Shown: in pieces, positions 48,605 through 61,880 of the stretch | Layout: every line of letters begins with the position of its first letter | How positions within the stretch are numbered: the first letter of the stretch is position 1 | Assembly: GCA_002633005.1 (NCBI GenBank) | Contig: NMRA01000187.1 | Coordinates: forward strand, 615,740-679,739 | Origin: Phoronis australis | Taxonomy: Eukaryota; Animalia; Phoronida | Reading direction: 5' to 3' | Length of the DNA stretch: 64,000 nucleotides | Made by a program: the position numbers and the translations under genes | The notes under the pieces: generated by a model | What the model was told of the DNA's origin: nothing | Database searches by the model: none | Seen by the model: only the letters and a program-made list of their open reading frames with translations

Positions 48605-50144
48605 TTGGTACTAACATTAAACATCATATCGGATGCTACTACAAATCTAAGCCGCGGACGCTTTTAAACGTTAAGTGTTAAAACACTAGAAAAAAGGCAT
48701 AAGCTAACTGCGAACCTTGTTTACCAGGTTATATTTACATATTTACATGTTAAATTCTGTAAGTTCTAACCCCTACAAAGTATATATTTTCTGAAAGGTG
48801 AATAAATTTCCCAACAAAATATATTATTACTTTTTACTTGTCTTTATTTTTAACGAGATATGCGTTCTTTTTAGTATTTTTTTACTTTTAACAGAGATTT
48901 TAAAAATATAGTTCGTCCAATAATTAGTCTTTTGTTAACATGTCGATAACGGCGTTTTAGAATGAGCCAAGACTCAGATTTTTGAAATAGGTCCTAGTTT
49001 TTCGGAACGAAGCCTTCAAAAATGCTCTAAGATCATAGATCGCACTTATTTTGGATTAGAAACAAGTTGAGTGGCCTAAATCAAAACTTGATATTTGACG
49101 GAAAACGCATGTGCAATGCCGCATTTTAAACTTAAAAGTTCACAGGTCACAATTTGGGAGGAAATAGAAGCGACACGTGCCCTGACTGTAAAATAGTGCG
49201 AGAATCGACGACGTTTCCCCGAACCTCTGTGCGGTGAGAAGTCAAGATGGCTGCAGCATTCAGCAGGTTATTGCAAATTCCTTGCTTCCTGCCTAACAAA
49301 TCTTAATTTATTCCGCCTTTTGCATGAGGTAATACAAAACCAGAAACGAAAATTGTGACTTTTCATTAGTTTTGTGGTGTAAGCACATGTAACGCTTAAA
49401 AACTCAAAGGTTTATCAGCTTGTATCGGAGACATAATGAACGTTTCATTCATTGAAGTCGCCGAGGGGATCTTTTGTTACGAATGTACAAACCAAAATGA
49501 TAAGTTGACTTCAAAAGTAGTCCACTAACAATAACAGTGGCGAACTGCATATTTTCAGAATTCAGTGCCCGGTTGCATGAAATAGTCCCAAAGAGGGACT
49601 CAACTAAGGTCCCTAAATCTACTGCGTATTTGCGGGCTTGTGAAAACACTGATTGTCCTATCTCATGCTGTTTGAATATCATTACTACGCCAATTTTTGG
49701 CTTTGATATAAATCGAGAGTGAAATCTAGATTAAATTCTAAATATTACTGAAAATAAGTAGGGATCTTTTCATGCAACGCACCCAATTTAAGGAGTAAGT
49801 CCCTAACTGTTTTGATTGAATTGAGGGCTCAGGTTTTAAATATATTATTAGAAAATGTCAATATTCAAAGAAGAGCTCATAATAAAGATTAAACTATAAA
49901 AATAATATTACACCTGTGTCTAAAGAACGAAACAAATACGAAAAAGATTTAGGGACCTTTGTTGAGTACCTATTTGGGACTGTTTCGTGCAACAGGGCAC
50001 TGAGTTTCTTTCAGGAATTAAGTACTTTTAGCTAGTGGTTGACAATGTCCGGTTTTTGACAGATGATCGACTCACAGAACTGAGGTTATCCATAGGCAGA
50101 TTTAGGGAGGGGGGGGGGTACGGGGCCCGCCACCCCGCCGGCTG
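48605..50144 (+). repeat. Copy B of the repeated segment (probable haplotype 2)
   Basis: Starts TTGGTACTAACATTAAAC as at 45115. Lacks the Kolobok insertion and a 790-bp block. Confidence 0.92.
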
Positions 50145-50416
50145 TCGCAAGCAAAATAAAAAAGCAACAGCGTGAAGCGTGAGGAAATACTGAGTTTAGT
50201 AACTAGGACCGGTAGCGGATGGGAGGCTCAGACCCAAATCGCGGCAGAATCGTGTTTCGTTTTTTTGTTTTTTTTTTTTAGTCCACCGATACATTTTGCG
50301 AACAGAAGGTCCACAACGTTTCGGGCCGGCCGCCTGTGCACATACAGTCACGCTTTGCCCAATTCCCCCGAGGCAACATGTAGGCCCCCCTTTACGGTAT
50401 CCTAGATCCACCACCG
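50091..50416. mobile_element. GC-rich MITE, 5-bp TSD TTATC
   Basis: CATAGGCAGATTTAGG...CCTAGATCCACCACCG with TTATC on both flanks. Its first 53 bp also end copy A at the N. Confidence 0.78.
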
Positions 50417-50593
50417 TTATCACAGCAGTAATTCAGATCATGTAAAAACTTTTAACTTGAAACAACGATGAAATGGTAGCGACAACGTATCTAGCCTCAG
50501 CAGCCATCAATAAACCCCATTCTATCTAACGAAACTGTGTAAAGTTAGAAACGTTAACTCGCTACACTGTATTCCAATTAAATCTGGTCTGCC

Positions 50594-50747
50594 GGACTAC
50601 TTACAAAATTAAATTCCCAGCACCTCGGAGGCATCCCGCCTCCTTCAAAGGCAAAATGGTACGGAATATTGGCAGGAATTGTCGTCTATCCTTTGAAGGG
50701 GGCGCGATGCCTCCGAGTTGCTGGAAATTTAATTTTGTGAGTAGTCC
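50594..50747. repeat. 154-bp hairpin (MITE-like)
   Basis: GGACTACTTACAAAATTAAATTCCCAGCACCTCGGAGGCATC..CCTTCAAAGG pairs with CCTTTGAAGG..GATGCCTCCGAGTTGCTGGAAATTTAATTTTGTGAGTAGTCC. Confidence 0.88.
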
Positions 50748-53700
50748 AACATACGTTTCTGGGTGAATCAACAATAATGTATTACATAACTCGCTAGATT
50801 GAAAATCTTTTTAAAACTTTGACTGTACATGTATCATATTTGGCGCTGTACGTTACGTACTTTAAATCTGCATTTCGCTTTGCATAGCTGCATAAAAACG
50901 AAAATTGAATTTGTTTTAGTCTTATGGTATCATAATATCTCTTGCCGTGGCACAGGCGCTTGAGTTTATCTGTGCGTACATGCGACAGTTTCGAATTTGC
51001 AATTTAACGGTTGTTGCGTTTTTTCAGTCGCTAATGGTTTCAATGTTCTTGTTGGCAACGGAAGTCTAGTTGAATCATATCACGGTAAGAAACGTTATGG
51101 GATCGACTTGATGAGGATAAATTGAAGCCTCATTCAATTTTCAAATTTTAACCAGCTAATGAGGGTAAAATGTAGATTTAAATAAAAGTAAAAACGGTAG
51201 TGAACAAAACCAACCATTTATCCGATATAAATTAATTGATAATACATTTTTTCTTTGAGCGGAGAAACTGAGTGGCTGAATTTATTTTTCCTAACTTGGG
51301 CGCTCGAGTTATAGGAAAAATAATTCTCAGGCATGTCCTTTCCCAGCCACCGTAGGATTAGCTAGTAATGTTATTCGTCTGAAATGAACCAGAATCAAAG
51401 CGACAGCTAAAATGAAGTCGACGTTACTGTTGAGTTTACAGGAAATGTGCGCATCCGTCATTTACGAATTTGTTAACGGAAATAGAGTCCCAGCATGACG
51501 TTATGTCGTCGATTTAATAGAGCAAAAGTCTTCATTCGATTTTCGTTCTTAAACCGGCTAAACGGTGTGAAATGCAGCTTTAAAATTTTTCATTCTCGCC
51601 AATAGAATCATTCTGAATGTTTTTGTAAAGATTCATTTTCTTTCGCCCATAAGTGTAGGTCTAAGAAAACGACATTTAAATTGAACTCTAAAACTACTCT
51701 TCAAAACGTTTTCAAAGTTGCCTCCGGTAAACATTGACAGGAGACACGTTTCCAACCATTAAAATAAATTGTTGTGAACCGTCTTACACTCTTGTAACTA
51801 TAGAGCCGGGCTTAAAGTGAGCGAAAATAGTTTTCTGAAGGAAACTATCGCACCGTGACTAAGACAGACGCTGAAAGTGATATGTCACTTCCCAAAAACA
51901 AGTAGCTGTCAATGATAAGATAACTTTCATGACCTTTTGATGGGCCTTCGACAAAAATTTTGCATTCCACTTCTTTTTGGACTCTTGCTGAGTTCACAAG
52001 AATAATGAGATAACCAAAAGGTTGAGCCAAGTTCAGTTCAGTCCTAGTCCATGCAGAGAAACAGAGATGTACTGTATTAGACGATGATTTGATTTTTTTG
52101 TTCTTTCTAGTCTTTGTATTTTGTTTAAACCAACAAGTTTATGCGTGTATGTATAGTGTTTTTATTTTTGTAAAAGGGAGCCGGTATCCAATTACAATGC
52201 CCGAATCGATAACTGTATTGACTACTTCAAAATCTACAGTTTCAAGACGTTGCTTTAAAGGGACATTTTTACCGCCCAAAAAGCATTTTGTGCATAATTG
52301 TTAAATGAGATAGAAAAAGCTTTGACTGGCGCTATGAAACAATAAAATTGGTTGTTTTTTGTGATTGATTACAATCGCCAATTCTCGCCCGGTGTCTGCC
52401 AGACTTTTGTTGAAATCAAGGACTGTGACTTTACCAGTTAAACACGTTAAAATACGCCTGCCATTTATCTGTAGGGATTTCTCTCCTCCACCAGGGCATT
52501 TAGCTGCGACCAGGAAGATTCCAGGTTGGAATCCGCAATGGGACTGATCTCAAAAATCATTTTTATTCGATAATGTCACTTTAAATTGCCTATTTGACCC
52601 AAATACTTTTTATGCAATATTTTTAGATAATCTCTCACATTGAAGGTATATAAGCCAGTGGCCGCTGCTACTTATTTTTGTGTTTGTCAATGTCTGGCAA
52701 CTAATTGGGGCGCCACCAGTAATTAATCGGATTTAGCGAGCCCTCAACAAAAAGGGCAGTCGCTGAAAATACTGTTCGGTGATGGAGATGAATGTCGAAC
52801 TATATCGCATAGCACCGTTTCCGTTGTATAAGCGAAGATTTATCTCCGAAAGTGATTCGATAGGGCAGCTAGCCTTGGTCAGTAACGAATCGGCCCACAC
52901 CCCAACCTCATTGACCAATCACTTCAGTCATTCTACGCATCACTCATCTGGGACCAGGGTCTCAAACTCTGTACTCGTGTTTATTCTTGGCATTTCCCGT
53001 TTTGTGCAAACTAAAGATAATTGTCAAATACGTTATGGTTTATTCATACGAGTTTCTAGTCCAAGCTCGATATTCAGATGACTGGCACATCGAAGTGGAG
53101 TAAAAAAACTCCAAATTTCGCGTTCAAACTCCAAATTTTAGTCTCAAAACGCTAGGATCAGGCAATCCATATAGTCCACGAAAGCTAATTACGTACTCGA
53201 CTTGGCATAAACAATAGACACTTATCTTGAGTTCGCACAAAAGTCACAGTAGAAAATGACAGAAATTACTACACGAGTTCGATTTCCAGTAAAAACATAA
53301 CCCCACTAGGACCCAATCGAATGGAGGACACCGGGAGGAAAGTAATTGCTTTACTGACAGACTGAACGGGGAAGCCAGCCAAGCCGTATGAAAAAGTCCT
53401 GAGGTGACTTATTTGATCGTACACTAGCTGCTCCGGCGTAGCGCCAAGATGCTACGTATTTTCGATAATTAATACGCACTTTAATTTGCCAATGTTCAGT
53501 TTTCAATCCTTTGCTTTGGCTTACTGGCAATCTCTTCTGTCAAAATAATCTCCTACCACGCGCCTTGCTCGACAGAGCAGGAGTTCCCAAGCCGAAGTAC
53601 AACACTCACACTTACTAGATGTAAGAACCTCTAATAGGTAAGTATAGACGTAGGTACATGCGATGCAATGCATTTTGACACTTTGACATATTTTGACTCG

Positions 53701-55688
53701 CTATCGTCAGTGCTATGGTTTGCTATGGTGTTTACAAAAATTGTTATGGTTAGAGCAAAAAATGGTTGACATGTACTATGAACAGAAGGAAAATGTTCAA
53801 ATGAGACAGTTGAAAATGAGATACTACGGGCACTGGAGAGAATTAGAAANCCAAACGGAGCATGACGTCATAGACTGAAACCGTCCCGGAGAAGCCCAGT
53901 TGTTGCCTAACTACATGCACACAAAAATAGTTGCGAAATGATCCCCTGCGGCAAAAATGACACCTCGCCGTGCAACTTAAAGGCTATTGGACATGACGTC
54001 ATAAATTGCAGCCCACAGTTTAACTAGCCTATTAAGCTTATCAGAAAGCATTGTATTTTTTCAATATTAATAAGAACTTCTCTACATACATTTGACAGTA
54101 ATACAACTTTATTCGAAAAAAATTCAGAAACGCTGACGTCGCCACGTCGGTTGAGATTTGGTTGTAAATTCTTTGAACATGCTGATTTTAGAGGTCCGGA
54201 TTTGCGCCGATGTCTCATCGACGTCGGGGTCAACGAAATATCGACGTCAATGCAACCAAAACTCGAAACCGAGTTTGTCGTCTACCTGACTTCAGGTCCG
54301 ACGAAATATGACATCGAAACAACGCCAATACAATTAACCAACAACCAACCACGATTTGCGACAATTGCCGTCTAATGCAACAGTCCACACTGAAGCAGGT
54401 CCAACAGATAAATAGTTTATTTCAACACTTCTCACCATCTATTTGCATATTGCAGTGTAGCACCAGATAATGGCCATGTTTTCACAATAAACGTAATGTT
54501 GCCAAAAAAACAAACCGTTAAATTTCTTTCCTCATATCACTTTATTTTTAGGCAAATATATACAAAGGCTTTTCTGGGAAATGATTATTCATTTTGGCCT
54601 AAAAGTACAAACTATCAGTTATAAAACTTTAAAAATGAGACAGAGCTTGTACCTTGCATCACACTTTCCATTTCTTGCACTGCCAGCACCACACAGCACC
54701 ACTACATGTCTTGACCCCATCAAAAACCTTCCATGTAGCCAATTTCAGACCATAGCAGTTTCCAAATCCAGGTCAAATCCAATCTGCCTTCATTGGTCTA
54801 TTGTTAAGCATTCCCAGGCTCTTTTGCGCGTCACCACGACTCACAGACCAATTATCAATCAGTCATGTTTCAAAGAGTTACTCAGTAAACCAACTACTTT
54901 CTAATTGGCAATTTTTATGTTTCTTTGGCTAAAAATGACCCTAAAATAACTTTTTATCCGAAATTCAATTTCAGAAGCAACTGAAACAGTTTGAAATATC
55001 ACCAGTTCAAAAACTAGAATAATCAATTTATTTTAGCAAGTTTTATGAGAATTATACATATCTATCAATAAAGTACAAGGTGGGATGAAATGGGATGAGC
55101 TTCTGATGTGTACTCTTTGGTAAACGGAGGTAGAAAAGAAAGGTGGGAATCATGAGGACAGATGAGATACAGAGGGGGGCAGAGGGAGTATGGAGTGAGG
55201 AAGGGGTGAGATACAGAGGGGGGCATAGGGAGTATGGAAGGGGAAAGAGGGACATTGGGAGAACTAAGGGAGACTGACAAGGATGTTTGCTTTAATTTCA
55301 AATCAATCTGATGTTAACCTATGCAAGCACTGAGTAGGCTATCTTCTTTATTCTGAAATTCGTCCTGCCATTTTGAAATTGACATCACACCAATGGGGAT
55401 GTAGGCAGAGAAGATCACAAGCACCTTGACTTTCAACGTCTGATGTCGGATTTTACGCTACATCCATTTTTGTTGTCTTTCTTCTGAATCAATATAGTAT
55501 CTGCTTTCATTTGATTTTTGTCTAAATTATATTATCAATCTTTACCGGTCACGTGACCAACCACAACCTTGTTGTTTTGACTGCTGAAACAATTATCCAA
55601 TAATTATACATGTCTAACATTAAATTTAATTCAATCAACATTTCACAACCAACACTAATTGGTGCGTCTGGAAACCCTGCCTCCAGCG

Positions 55689-55782
55689 CTACTCAACCAC
55701 TTGAAATTTGATGCCTCTCTCAGACAGTCGACCAATCAAATCAGTTTCAGCAAATGCTGCACCAGGCGTGTATACACCTCCC
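55689..55782 (-). CDS. SCCPDH: Saccharopine dehydrogenase-like oxidoreductase, last exon
   Basis: CAG|..GGVYTPGAAFAETDLIGRLSERGIKFQVVE*, matching the SCCPDH C-terminus GGV.TPGAAF..T.LI.RL...GI.F.V. Confidence 0.93.
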
Positions 55783-55820
55783 CTGGAAAATAATAGTAGC
55801 TGAACTGGTGGCTGCAAAAT

Positions 55821-56029
55821 GACGGACCTCATGTCACGACAGACTGACCTCATGTCAAGACAGACGGACCTCATGTCAAGACAGACGGACCTCATGTCAA
55901 GACAGACGGACCTCATGTCAAGACAGACGGACCTCATGTCAAGACAGACGGACCTCATGTCAAGACAGACGGACCTCATGTCAAGACAGACGGATCTCAT
56001 GTCAAGACAGACGGACCTGTCAAGACAGA
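55821..56029. repeat. 21-bp minisatellite, about 10 copies, in the last SCCPDH intron
   Basis: Unit GACGGACCTCATGTCAAGACA. Confidence 0.96.
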
Positions 56030-56421
56030 CACAAACCCATGAAGCTGGTGGCAAACAAAAACAAAAACAAAACATAAATTGAAATTTCTAGCTTCCTGCC
56101 CACTATGTATTTTGTGACTGGTTTGTAAACTGTTGTTTGGGAATCTTAAAATGGGACCATCTTTGGGGGTTCTGTGAAGCAGTGGAGTTAAATTGTCAAT
56201 TTTTCAAAAACACACAATACTACTAGCCATAAACTGTGGGCACGTACATATTAACAAAAGTCACTGAAAATCTTTAAGCCACAGAATATGCCTTCAACAT
56301 TCCTGCATTAAAAAGGATGCTAGGTTTGTTACAGGTTGAGATCTGCATTTTCAGCGTGACTAAATTAGAGCTGGTTGGGGCTTCAACTAGCTTTGATTCT
56401 CTATATTTATCTTTTACTCAC

Positions 56422-56503
56422 TTTGACGGTAGTTGACTTCTCTTTCTCAAAACAATCAGACCAGCTTGTATCATGCAGATAGGGGTTGTGATGTAACCCA
56501 TTT
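56422..56503 (-). CDS. SCCPDH: SCCPDH exon
   Basis: CAG|(E)MGYITTPICMIQAGLIVLRKRSQLPS(K)|GTGAGT. Phases 1 and 2 fit the neighbouring exons. Has the GPE.GY..TPI motif. Confidence 0.92.
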
Positions 56504-59500
56504 CTGCAATATTTACAAATACAGTAATGACAACTGTGTTAGCCTACTGTAAACATCACTTGTTCTGTGAAACAATAGTATAAAACGAGTAGCATTCTTG
56601 CACTAAATGATGTCCAACTTGCTCTAAGTACGGTGTGCTGCCAAACCATTCACAATATTCAAATGAGTGCAGGAATAACTGGCACAAGTACCAACCTTGC
56701 ATCACTGAATCCTGATTATTTTAGCAAATAAAAAATTCTTTACTATACAACGCATTTTATTGTTAAAACAGAACAAAGGATTTTCTAAGCCCCTTTAACA
56801 AATATCTGTTCCATGGTGCAAAACCTCATATGCAAAACGGTTTCAAATATACCCGTAATAACACAACATACAAAATGAATCCCCACGCAGAGCCCAGCAC
56901 ACGTTGGATTTGTCAGAGCACAGATAGTGCTGTGCACTCCACTAGATGAACATTCATTACGAGATCCAGGTGTTTCAATTAAATAAAGAGACATATGCAA
57001 TAATTAAAACAGTTACTATTCCGGTAGGGGAGAGAATCAATTGTTGGATTTGTCATATAATGACCGTTCTCTGCACTCAACGAACATGTGTGCCATTTTA
57101 TGGAGCTTTCTCAAGCAGGTTGATAGTTTGGGGCAAACACAAAAATATAATTTTCCCATAGAAAGTTTGCCACTAATCAGATTTCTTAACCGAGAGCAGT
57201 CCTGTTCTTCTATATCTCTGCACATTAGTAAAACTCTCAATTCTCCATGTATTTTGCATACAAATAATTATAATTACCAAACCGATATTGTACTTTTTCC
57301 AGTTTTCAAAGTAAGGCTTATAACCTAGCTGCGATGTGTTGTTTTATGACATTTACACACTATAAACCATTGGTAGTAGAAAAAAATGTTCGCAACCTTT
57401 ACGTTTGCAAAGAAATTTGACAAAACGGAGTTCTACTTGTCGACCATATTGTGTGCGAAATACATGAAGAATTACTGAACACCTTTAGTGCATTTTAACC
57501 CCAGAGACCCTTGAAATCAATACATCACAACACTGAAAGCGTTAGGCTTCCATCCTCCATCCCCTCAGGTACATATCTATTGTTCAAGTTAGTGAGGCTT
57601 GATTACCTGTGATATTATCTGGCCATAAACTGTGGTAAACTACTCACCAGGCAAAATAAGATTTCAATCTAGAGATTTGGGAAAACAACTACCATTTTTA
57701 ACTAGAAAAAAGTAAGTAAACAAGTTTATGAATTATAGAAATGATTAACTTTTAATAGCACCAGAAAGACTGACTTGCTGGCCGCTGAATCATCAGTTTA
57801 GGGAACCCATATACAACAGGCTGGTTCGATATGCAGTGCAAATATGTGCGGATTTTCAAAAAACTTTGGGGGAAATGGGATGCATTCTCTCTTGTCATGA
57901 TTGCTTCCAGATTTCAAACATATCCTTTAAGGATATCTCAAAATTTATTTAAAAATTGGCAGTTTTTACAATGTTTCACATGTCTAGCAAAATAACTTAT
58001 CTTCATTCTAGGGTAACTTCAAATACGAAATGTATACCGTGTAGCGAGAAAAAATAAGTTTAGCAGAACCACCTTCAACTGCATGGAAATTTGTTTACTA
58101 CTTATCCAAGGTCAAAGGTTAAAGAGCTGTCACTGAAATCGAATCAATCGCTTGGCGTCTATGCTCTTCCCACAATTCACAGCCCTTTCATTCACCGAGT
58201 CGCCATAAGATTGAATTAGCGGTGTGTACATAGCACAAGCCGCGGAAAACAAAGTTACATAGTTTTGATCCTGAGTGAATTGCACACGTCAAAACACGAC
58301 CGTTGGTGACGTTATGACGAATGCACTGAGTCGCCGGCGTCTGGCATAATCATGAACACAGCAAGCTACGAACAAAGATAAATCCTCAACCAAATTTATT
58401 TATTTCACTGGTAATCTGGCATTTCGCTGTTTCGATCTCCTGCTTTTGATGCGCTTCAACCACAGATACTTGATTTCTATTCTCCATTTCATAGTTAGTT
58501 TCTTTCAATCTCCGGAGCCTGCTTCATGTGTTATGTGCTACCATGTGCTGTTGACTTAATATTTTAATAGATTAACTCATCTCCTGACCTAGTTTCATTC
58601 GAGACATCGTCACCCAACTTACAAAATTAATGATAATTAATTTAATTAAGCACTGCAAATTCAGTTGATATTACAAGGCAATGAATGTTGAAATTGCTAA
58701 CACGGTTATAGCATGTGTATTGACTAAAAACAAGTTTTCACCGAATAATTAATCAATAACCTTCAGATTTCCACAGGTTTGCGACTTCTTCTGGGCTTCG
58801 GCAAATCGACTTAATTTGAACTTGAGGACACAAGTTCTTTTAAGCGACTCAGTGAATTGCACTCACTGAAACTTTCCAATATTTTTTATTCATCAATCTA
58901 AAAAACGGTGTTAGGATTTTTTATTAAACACCTGGTTTTTGATTACTGAAAAAAAGAATATGATTGCTATTTCTTACAAAAATACCTTACAATTTGCGAG
59001 TTAGTTTGGCATAGAAAAAAACTGAATGAGTAACTGAAAACAGCATTTTTGAGGTAAATTGTGAAGTTTTTCATTTAAAAAAGGTTTCATTAAAATTGAC
59101 CAAAGTTTTATTTTGCTATAAATTTACATTTTAATGAAATTTTGACTTAAAAAGGTGATAACATAATAGTAATAATGGCACATAAACATAACACATACTT
59201 TTATAATCTCTGATCTTTTTTCTTTCAGAAAACATATAGTACTTTTACTTGCCTGAGAGGTCAGTAAATAAGGTTTGAGATAACCAAGTCAGAAATTTGA
59301 TCTTACACTCGACACGAATATTTCTGAAAAATAATTAAATCTCACTCATGCGAAAGTCTTAGCTATGATGAACTCATGAATGGCTAAAGCCTTTTTCAGC
59401 GATGGTGAGGTGAGAACACTGACAAGACCACATTTTCACTTTCACAAAACAGAATAGTTGCTCTAATTTAATTAATTGATGAAAGTCTGAGGCAAAAACC

Positions 59501-59803
59501 AATTAAATCTGTGCATAGGAGTGAAAGGTTCAATTACACAATTGTACGCCAATTGAAGTTTTAACACCAAGTAAGAAAGGGTTACAAAGGACACCCTGGT
59601 CATGATTCTTAAACCATGTTTGCACTGAAGTCGTCAAATCAATTAAAAACCCTTCCGGGTACAAACTTGATTTAGGAAGCGTAAACGCCAATGGTTTTGT
59701 TGAATGATTAAATCAATTGAGTATGTACCCGTTTGTGGAGGTGGTTTCCAAGCTCACAGCAGAGCTATGTAATTCAATGACATTGTGTTATTCCCCAACT
59801 CAC

Positions 59804-59924
59804 CAGGTCCAGAGATCAATGCTTTGATCTCTTTGTTAGGTGGCTGGTCGTGGCTTTTATCAATGGGTAACTTCTTGTCGTAACCCTTACCAAGCAGCAG
59901 CATTGAGAACGAAGAGCCCTCCAC
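59804..59924 (-). CDS. SCCPDH: SCCPDH exon
   Basis: CAG|VEGSSFSMLLLGKGYDKKLPIDKSHDQPPNKEIKALISGP|GTGAGT. Confidence 0.92.
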
Positions 59925-60090
59925 CTGAAATTCACAAATTGAATAAATTATTTCCCTCTGCGTGAGACTCAGAAAACCAGCATACAACGCTACATACTGA
60001 AGACTAGAACTGCAATCAAGAGGGTCTCCTATTAGTTATCTTGCCAATAAATGGTTTTGAATCTCCAGTTTCCCTAATTAGTCTTCTTAC

Positions 60091-60147
60091 CTGTTTTCTG
60101 GATGGGCCTCCGGTTTTTATCATACCACAGGTGAATAATTCAGGGTA
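60091..60147 (-). CDS. SCCPDH: SCCPDH exon
   Basis: CAG|YPELFTCGMIKTGGPSRKQ|GTAAG, matching the P..F..G.....GP...Q motif. Confidence 0.9.
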
Positions 60148-61344
60148 CTGAAAACAAACACACAGCACATTAATTTACTTATAATGAAATTTCCACAGCT
60201 GTGACAAAAAGTGTTATCTAAGAGATAATTATTTTTTGTTATTTTTCAGTTTATAAACCATTCTGTATGGAGATGATAAGCATGTAGTGTCAAATAGTAG
60301 TTTAAAAATAAACTAGACAGACTCCATCAAACTATGACGACTTCCTTTCGAAAATTATTCATCAGAAAAATGAGTATAATAAAACTTCAGTTACAATAAA
60401 TTTGTATCTTTGTTGGAATTTAATGTGGTGTAACTGTGCCTAGGCTCCAATTGTTTATTTGTGAATAGCATTGAAATGGAAGTTACAGCATTGAGCAACA
60501 CCTGTCAAGATTTTGCCGAGAAGTAGCCAACAGTGAAACGGATTCTAGATAAAAAACGAATGTTTAGTGGCAGTTTCGTGCATCAGATTTCAACGTTGTT
60601 CATTTTGAAAACTTTCTTACATTGCACGAGAGAGGACAGTTTCCACTAATTTGAGAAGGAATCCTAATACTGATGCACCATTTGTGACATTTTCATTCTT
60701 GGCCTCCACATTTCTCAGTCAAAACGAAGGTAAAGAGCACCCTAGGTTGTGGTAAAATGTACCAAATTTAGGGTATAATGTGATGGGCATTGTAAAAGTT
60801 GATATTCTAATATTTTCCATTATGTAGCACCAAATTAAGGCTTTCCATTCCGCAACACGAGAAAATATTTAGGAAATATGTGGGCATTCAAAACAATGTA
60901 AGAAGCCATTGAGAAATGAAGATAATGCATTAGACATTACATTTTCACGAAAGACGTCGCTCTAGTCGGTTGGCGAGTAGATAATACACGCAGTGTTGGC
61001 TTACGCAGTAAATGTTAGGCTTTATTTTTTAATGAAATGGACGATTATCAGTTTTACCCTATCATTGCATTCCACCCACACACAAATACAAAGTGTTTGT
61101 GTTGCACAAACTAATGAATATATTACCTATTAATTTTTTGAAGATGATATCAATCATTTATTCAAGACCTGCGAAGTAACATCTTTCCCTTATAGCAACT
61201 TGAAAGTAGACAGACAGTATTTCAAAGTTAACAAACTACTGACTGAACTAGTCCCAGTTGGTCGACAGTGCCATTTTTTACGAAACTTATGCATTATTTT
61301 GAGTGAAAATTTGCAACCGAGATGTACAGCACAACACAACCTAC

Positions 61345-61464
61345 TTTTTCCAATAACTTTCTGCCAAAGCTGAACTGAGCCAGGATGAAGAACAAGATGC
61401 CAAAGAAAGTGAAGCCAACTAAAAAGGCCAGACCAGGAAGAGCTATGTAGGGACCGAACTGAAC
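61345..61464 (-). CDS. SCCPDH: SCCPDH exon (hydrophobic segment)
   Basis: CAG|VQFGPYIALPGLAFLVGFTFFGILFFILAQFSFGRKLLEK|GTAGG. Confidence 0.9.
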
Positions 61465-61762
61465 CTGAAACAAAATGACAGCATAATATTCACTACAGTT
61501 CACAAATAAATGTCTCTTAAAAGCTGAAGGCTTTTACCTCAGTGGGATGTTTATGGTGACTGACACAACACTGTTAACATGGCAGCTTTATGAGATCAGG
61601 GTGAAACATCTACAATTCATATGCTATATTTTTTAATATTTCTCAGGCCTTTGAAATCCCTGTTAAGGAAGAGATACGGAAAACAGTTTGTACTTTCATG
61701 CTTCATCAATGAAATTACATGACGAGTAAAAGAAAACACACTAGGGTCTATGGCAAGCTTAC

Positions 61763-61880
61763 GGGTCTTCTCTTCTTGACATCATGCATGAAGCGCTGAG
61801 ACCGGTAGACCACAGGTTTGTCTGCAAAGTCGTTGCCCACAATGTACTTGTTCACCTCAGGACTCAGGGACACATAAGGC
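61763..61880 (-). CDS. SCCPDH: SCCPDH exon
   Basis: TAG|(R)PYVSLSPEVNKYIVGNDFADKPVVYRSQRFMHDVKKRRP|GTAAG, matching the D..VV.R(S/T)Q motif. Confidence 0.9.

Noticed and set aside
47908-49722. Duplicated short ORF pairs suggesting a small gene family
   Set aside because: They straddle a MITE TIR and are repeated only because of the segment duplication.
55819-56082. ORF of MSRQTDL repeats; also considered as a CRISPR-like array
   Set aside because: It is a pure 21-bp tandem repeat with no spacers, inside a eukaryotic intron.
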